IMG/VR virus record: IMGVR_UViG_3300027518_000007
Span: 575-64,574 of that record
Length of the DNA: 64,000 bases
Strand: one strand, 5' to 3'
From: a virus
The notes below the pieces were generated by a model that saw only the letters and a program-made list of their open reading frames with translations, was not told the DNA's origin and did no database searches. The position numbers and the translations under genes were made by a program. Of the stretch, positions 59,556-64,000 are shown one piece after another. Within the stretch, counting starts at the first letter, position 1; the number at the start of each line of letters is the position of its first letter.

Positions 59556-60338
59556 ATGTGGTTAAGACCAAAATCAAGAATATATCACTGGAATTGTTCT
59601 AAATTCGCTGACTTTGTTCGCGGAGAGAAGAAACCCTATGCTTTAGAGTGGGGCAAATGGGATGAATGGAATAAAGAACAAAAAAAGAAAAGACCAGTAA
59701 GATATTGGCTTGCAGAGGAAGGATTACCTAAACTACAGGATTTGATCATGTTTCCTGTGGACGTTTACACTGAGATTAGATACTATATCAATAATCGCTG
59801 GATAACTAAAACCCACTACCTAAAAACCGGACTAAAGCCGGGACATTACTATGAGCTTGATTACAGAATTCTTCATGGGTTATTTAATGAGCTTGTAGAT
59901 TTTGTAGAGATTGAATATGCACACCTAGCAAAATGGTCACTTAAAAAGGGAACTAAAAACTACAAGTTCAAACGTGGTCGATCAATTGAAGCAGGATTAG
60001 CTTATCTAAAATGGGCTTGTTCTTTAAAGTATAACAAAGATTGGGGAGTAGATAAAAAAGACCCAAAGTATGGAAAACTAACCCACCAAGCTATTTCTGC
60101 TCAAAAGATCAAAGAACTTTATCTCTGGTGGAAAGATCGCCCAAATAGACCAGAACCAATGGCTGTCGCTGGATTATCTTGGAATCAAGACAAAGAAGAT
60201 AATTTGATGAACGGTAAAATAACAAGAAAAGAATTGTCTCAATTCAAAAAACTTGAAAAGATTGAAGCAGACTACGAAAAAGAAGATACAAAAATGCTCA
60301 TTGAACTTATTAAAATCCGTAAGGAGTTGTGGTCATGA
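59556..60338 (+). CDS. Hypothetical phage protein (Trp/Lys-rich)
   Basis: 260-aa ORF with RBS AGGA. Confidence 0.65.
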   Translation: MWLRPKSRIYHWNCSKFADFVRGEKKPYALEWGKWDEWNKEQKKKRPVRYWLAEEGLPKLQDLIMFPVDVYTEIRYYINNRWITKTHYLKTGLKPGHYYELDYRILHGLFNELVDFVEIEYAHLAKWSLKKGTKNYKFKRGRSIEAGLAYLKWACSLKYNKDWGVDKKDPKYGKLTHQAISAQKIKELYLWWKDRPNRPEPMAVAGLSWNQDKEDNLMNGKITRKELSQFKKLEKIEADYEKEDTKMLIELIKIRKELWS

Positions 60339-60995
60339 AAGTTTATCACTTTTCTGCAAGTTGTCTTTAGCCCATAAAGGCTGAGTGTTAGTATAATGAA
60401 ATAATTGAATTAATTCTTTTTCATTTTTGGCAGATGATAAAGGAACAATATGGTCTATGTGCCATTTACCATAATTATTCCAATTCATATTCTTATCAAA
60501 CATTTTAGATAGATATTCTTTATATTCCTCTAAAGATAATCCGAGATACTCTAGTGTTGATTTGTTTTTATTTTGAACGAAATGACTAAGCCTAGCACGA
60601 AGGCTACATTTGATTCTAAAAAGTATATCTTCTTGTCTTTTCTTTTTTATGTACTGCTTGTGATATTCGTTATTTTTTGATTTGTTCTTTTTATACCATT
60701 GTTGATAACTTGCACTGATCTTATCTTTATTTTTTAAATAACTTAGTTTTCGTTGATCTCTAATTTTGTTTTTATTATTACGTCTATATAATTTACGCTG
60801 TTTTGCAATTTTATTTGAATTAATTTGCCTGTATTTTTTTTGGTAATCATTCAAACACTCTTTACATTCTGCGGAAACTTGAAATTTGCCATTTGTCGAA
60901 AAATTAAAACATAAAATTGATTTGTCTATATAGCATTTTTTGCATCTCTTAATATTAAAAACTATCATCCTTGCACCTAAATACACAAAGCCCAA
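60333..60995 (-). CDS. HNH homing-type endonuclease
   Basis: CKKC...CKEC; WHIDHIVP...FHYTNTQPLWAKDNLQKS. Confidence 0.85.
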   Translation of the reverse strand: MGFVYLGARMIVFNIKRCKKCYIDKSILCFNFSTNGKFQVSAECKECLNDYQKKYRQINSNKIAKQRKLYRRNNKNKIRDQRKLSYLKNKDKISASYQQWYKKNKSKNNEYHKQYIKKKRQEDILFRIKCSLRARLSHFVQNKNKSTLEYLGLSLEEYKEYLSKMFDKNMNWNNYGKWHIDHIVPLSSAKNEKELIQLFHYTNTQPLWAKDNLQKSDKLS

Positions 60996-62566
60996 ACATC
61001 GTCAAATTAGGGTTGACAATGCTCAGGCTTCGTGATATAATTAAATTGTACGGTTTTATAGAAGTGGCCCTAATACACTCCTACAAAGATATAATACACC
61101 AAAAAACACTATGAATGAAAACAAACCAAGTTTAGAAAACGATTTATTAAACTCAGAATATATCAAAAATAAGTGTAAAACAAGCGATATTTATTCACAA
61201 AATTTGTATGCCGCTATGGCAAATAACTTATTCTATAAGAATGATGAAGAGTGGAGTTGTTCTTGGAGATATGCTGGGGGTGTTTTAGCAGACATACGAA
61301 GCAAGGGAGAGAGTTATATTGACTGGTATTGTTCTGGAATAGGCAGTAGCGATAATGAAGGATATGTAGGCGAAGGTTTTGTAACTGAAGAAGTTAGATC
61401 AGATTTATTAAAGCTAGGATGGGTGGTTAAACCATATCCAGATGACGAAACCTCTATCTAGGGACTACCTATTAAAAAGAGGGTACTGCTGCCACCTTGG
61501 TTGTATTAACTGCCCCTATAACGAGCAGCAAGATGGCTTGACAAACGAACCAGAGGACGCTACACTAAAGAAGTGTGACCCAACATCCGATAACAAGGAA
61601 AACCAATGAACGAACAAGCAAAACAAGCAATTTGTGATTTCTATAATAGTGTTTGGAATTATATGAAAGCTGAATATAAGCCAAAGTGGGCCAGACTCTA
61701 TAATGCCGAAGATACTTTGGACGAAATGATTCAGATTACCGGACAGTATTATCTTGGAGGGAACAATGTTGTTGATACTGCTGGAGATATTGTCTCTCTT
61801 CTTAAGAAGAAGAATCCGTGAGTAATGGAAATTATGACATTTAATGATTTTTTTGGTGAAATTTATCGTGTTAGTATGAACAATCCGAATCTTCGATTGG
61901 GTCAAATAATTATGAATTGTCTTTCTGAAATTCGACCAGATAAATATAATGAGATAACCGGAACTGAGCTAGACTGTTTTTATAGCAACTATAAAAAAGC
62001 AGGTAAAACTATGACATACTTACAAAATAACTGGACGAATAATGAAACAATTAGATAAAAAAGATCCATTTTTTGATATAGATACTTATATCAATCGTCT
62101 GGAAAAAACGATAGAACAGCAAAAATATACAATAGAATCTCTTAAAAATGAGATTAGAACTCAAAGACAAGAAATAGGTTCTTTACGAGAAGAACGCAGA
62201 TCTCTATTAGATAAAGATAAGCCACCAATGTTTGACCACAACCTATGGATAGAAAACGGAGATAATAATGAAAGATAAGACAGAAGTTTTTGCTATTGGT
62301 ACTGATGTTAAGTTGGCTGAAGATGTATTTGGTAAGGTAACTGGTATTAATATCAGAGGAAATAATTCAGTCAGCTATGAAATTGGCTGGTGGAATGGAC
62401 GAAGTTATGACTGTAAGAGTTTTGCTGACTATGAAATTGAAAGCACATTATCTACAACAAAGCAAAGAATTGGTTTTGCTTGAAGTATTGACAAGGACTG
62501 ACCGATAAGATAGAATGAGAGGTACGATGAAATGGGATTATACTTGGCTGATTGAGCTAAGTTTGA

Positions 62567-62950
62567 TTGTTATTGTATTTTTTGTTTTTGGCTATTTTTT
62601 GGGAGTTAATTTTGCCTACTATTTCTAGTAAAACCCAAGGAGATTTTCATACCCATATTCATATATGGCTAGATGCCCTTGAAATAAAAGCTAAACAGCA
62701 AACCTATGGAAATGAACAAACCGTTTATTATTTCTTTAAAGCCAATAAGAAATACTATAAGATTACTCAAGTTTGGGAAGGCGTTGAAACTATTCATGCC
62801 TTTGTAGATAAAATTAGCGGAGATGTCTATAAACCAGCAAGCTACTCTGCACCATATAAACATCCTAGATATAATCTAATTAATGATTTTGATAAACTTT
62901 TGAAAGAATGTGATTGGGCGGGGAGTTATTTATACAAGAGGAGAGGATGA
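62567..62950 (+). CDS. Conserved-looking phage protein
   Basis: IHAFVDKISGDVYKPASYSAP...RYNL. Confidence 0.6.
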   Translation: MLLYFLFLAIFWELILPTISSKTQGDFHTHIHIWLDALEIKAKQQTYGNEQTVYYFFKANKKYYKITQVWEGVETIHAFVDKISGDVYKPASYSAPYKHPRYNLINDFDKLLKECDWAGSYLYKRRG

Positions 62951-64000
62951 TTAATAAAGATCAAATTAAAAAAGCGTTAGAAGCAATAGGTACAGAAAAA
63001 GCATTACAGTGTTTGATTGAAAGTATTGATGAAAGTACAGACTGGAGTAATGCTCCTATCTGGAAATTTAAGCTTATTGAAAATTTAGAAGATGCTTATA
63101 ATTCATACATGGATCAATTTAGCAAGGAGATTACTAATGCGTCTTGATTTGGCTATGGGATTAAAGGTTGGAGACAAAATTGTTAATGTGTTTATGGACG
63201 AACTTGTTATATCGAAAATAGACCATAGCTATGATCCAAAACCACCAGTATTTATTGCTCTAGATACTATGCTACAAAAGCACTATTTGTGGTTTGACGA
63301 TATTTATTATCCAGATTTGTCTGATATTTGTGACGAAGAAAAGAGTTTTGTCCTTTGGGCTAAAGACAATAGGCAATTTATTGGAGAAAATTCTAGACTT
63401 CTTAAGACAGTTTATGTGCAAGGATTCTCTATGGGCTTTGAACATAAGAGAAGAATATCTCATGAAGAGGCTATGCAGAAATGACTGATCAAAAATACGA
63501 TCCAAACTGGAATCCAGATGATTATGATATGACTCTTAAGTATGAGCCAATGGATTTATCTAAAGTCAATAATATACTAACTCAGTACAAGGGACAACCA
63601 GTATTAGACTATATTATAGAACTTTACAAGCTCATAGAATATCAAAGACAAAGATTGTCTGAACAAGAGAAACAGATCATTGCTTTAAAACATACTGAAG
63701 CATGGAAGCATTATGATAAGTCTATAGATAATTACGATCCTGCCACAAGAAAATATCTTGACAAACCACCAAAGTCTGGTAACATGAGTTGTTAATATGA
63801 TGATCTCTGAAATCAAAAAGTGGGCTAAAACCAAAGGCTACGAAGTCATTAAAGACAAGGAAGATGGTCTTTATTATTGGGCTAAATTAGATGCTGGGCC
63901 AGATGCTAGTGGAGTAGCTAAAAGTGTTAGTAAAGTAGCTACCGCTATTTTTAATCATCTAACAGATGATAAGTGGGTTGAACATCAGATAAAGTTCAAA

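Larger units (their letters stand above)
42462..64000 (+). other. Dense run of ~60 short, mostly translationally coupled hypothetical phage genes
   Basis: Continuous ATGA/TAATG overlaps, nearly all plus strand, 60-260 aa; last ORF starts at 63797 and runs off the window. Confidence 0.8.

Noticed and set aside
1-64000. Diversity-generating retroelement, retron or group I/II intron
   Set aside because: No reverse transcriptase motifs, no template/variable repeat pair and no interrupted conserved gene (terL, capsid and rtcB are continuous).

Overview
A 64-kb segment of a large, AT-rich, tailed dsDNA bacteriophage genome (genetic code 11). A Planctomycetota host is plausible but is inference only. 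1-15 kb (minus strand) is the virion and packaging module: two fibre-like proteins, major capsid, decoration protein, protease/scaffold, portal, large terminase, ERCC4 and HNH nucleases, gmd and a phage sigma-like factor. 15-18.2 kb (plus) carries fcl, an SdpA/SdpB(HTTM)-like membrane pair and a small secreted protein. 18.3-36.4 kb is an early-gene region cut into ~0.7-2.7 kb cassettes by 15 copies of a length-invariant 82-bp element. Each element is two imperfect 11-7-11 palindromes, 53 bp apart, around a GC-rich linker found in both orientations, and most are followed by a sigma70-type promoter carrying a CGATA motif. The region also has a second 40-bp repeat, a candidate multi-stem ncRNA, tRNAs (including a rare Ser-ACU), a tRNA-like element, very acidic small proteins, a kinase-like protein, a bL12-like protein, DUF932 and HNH endonucleases docked next to the repeats. 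36.4-64 kb is a dense run of small plus-strand genes including SET-domain, NAD-epimerase, antitoxin-domain, DUF4325 and RtcB genes. No CRISPR array, integrase or reverse transcriptase was recognised. All family assignments are from motif recognition by eye, not database searches.
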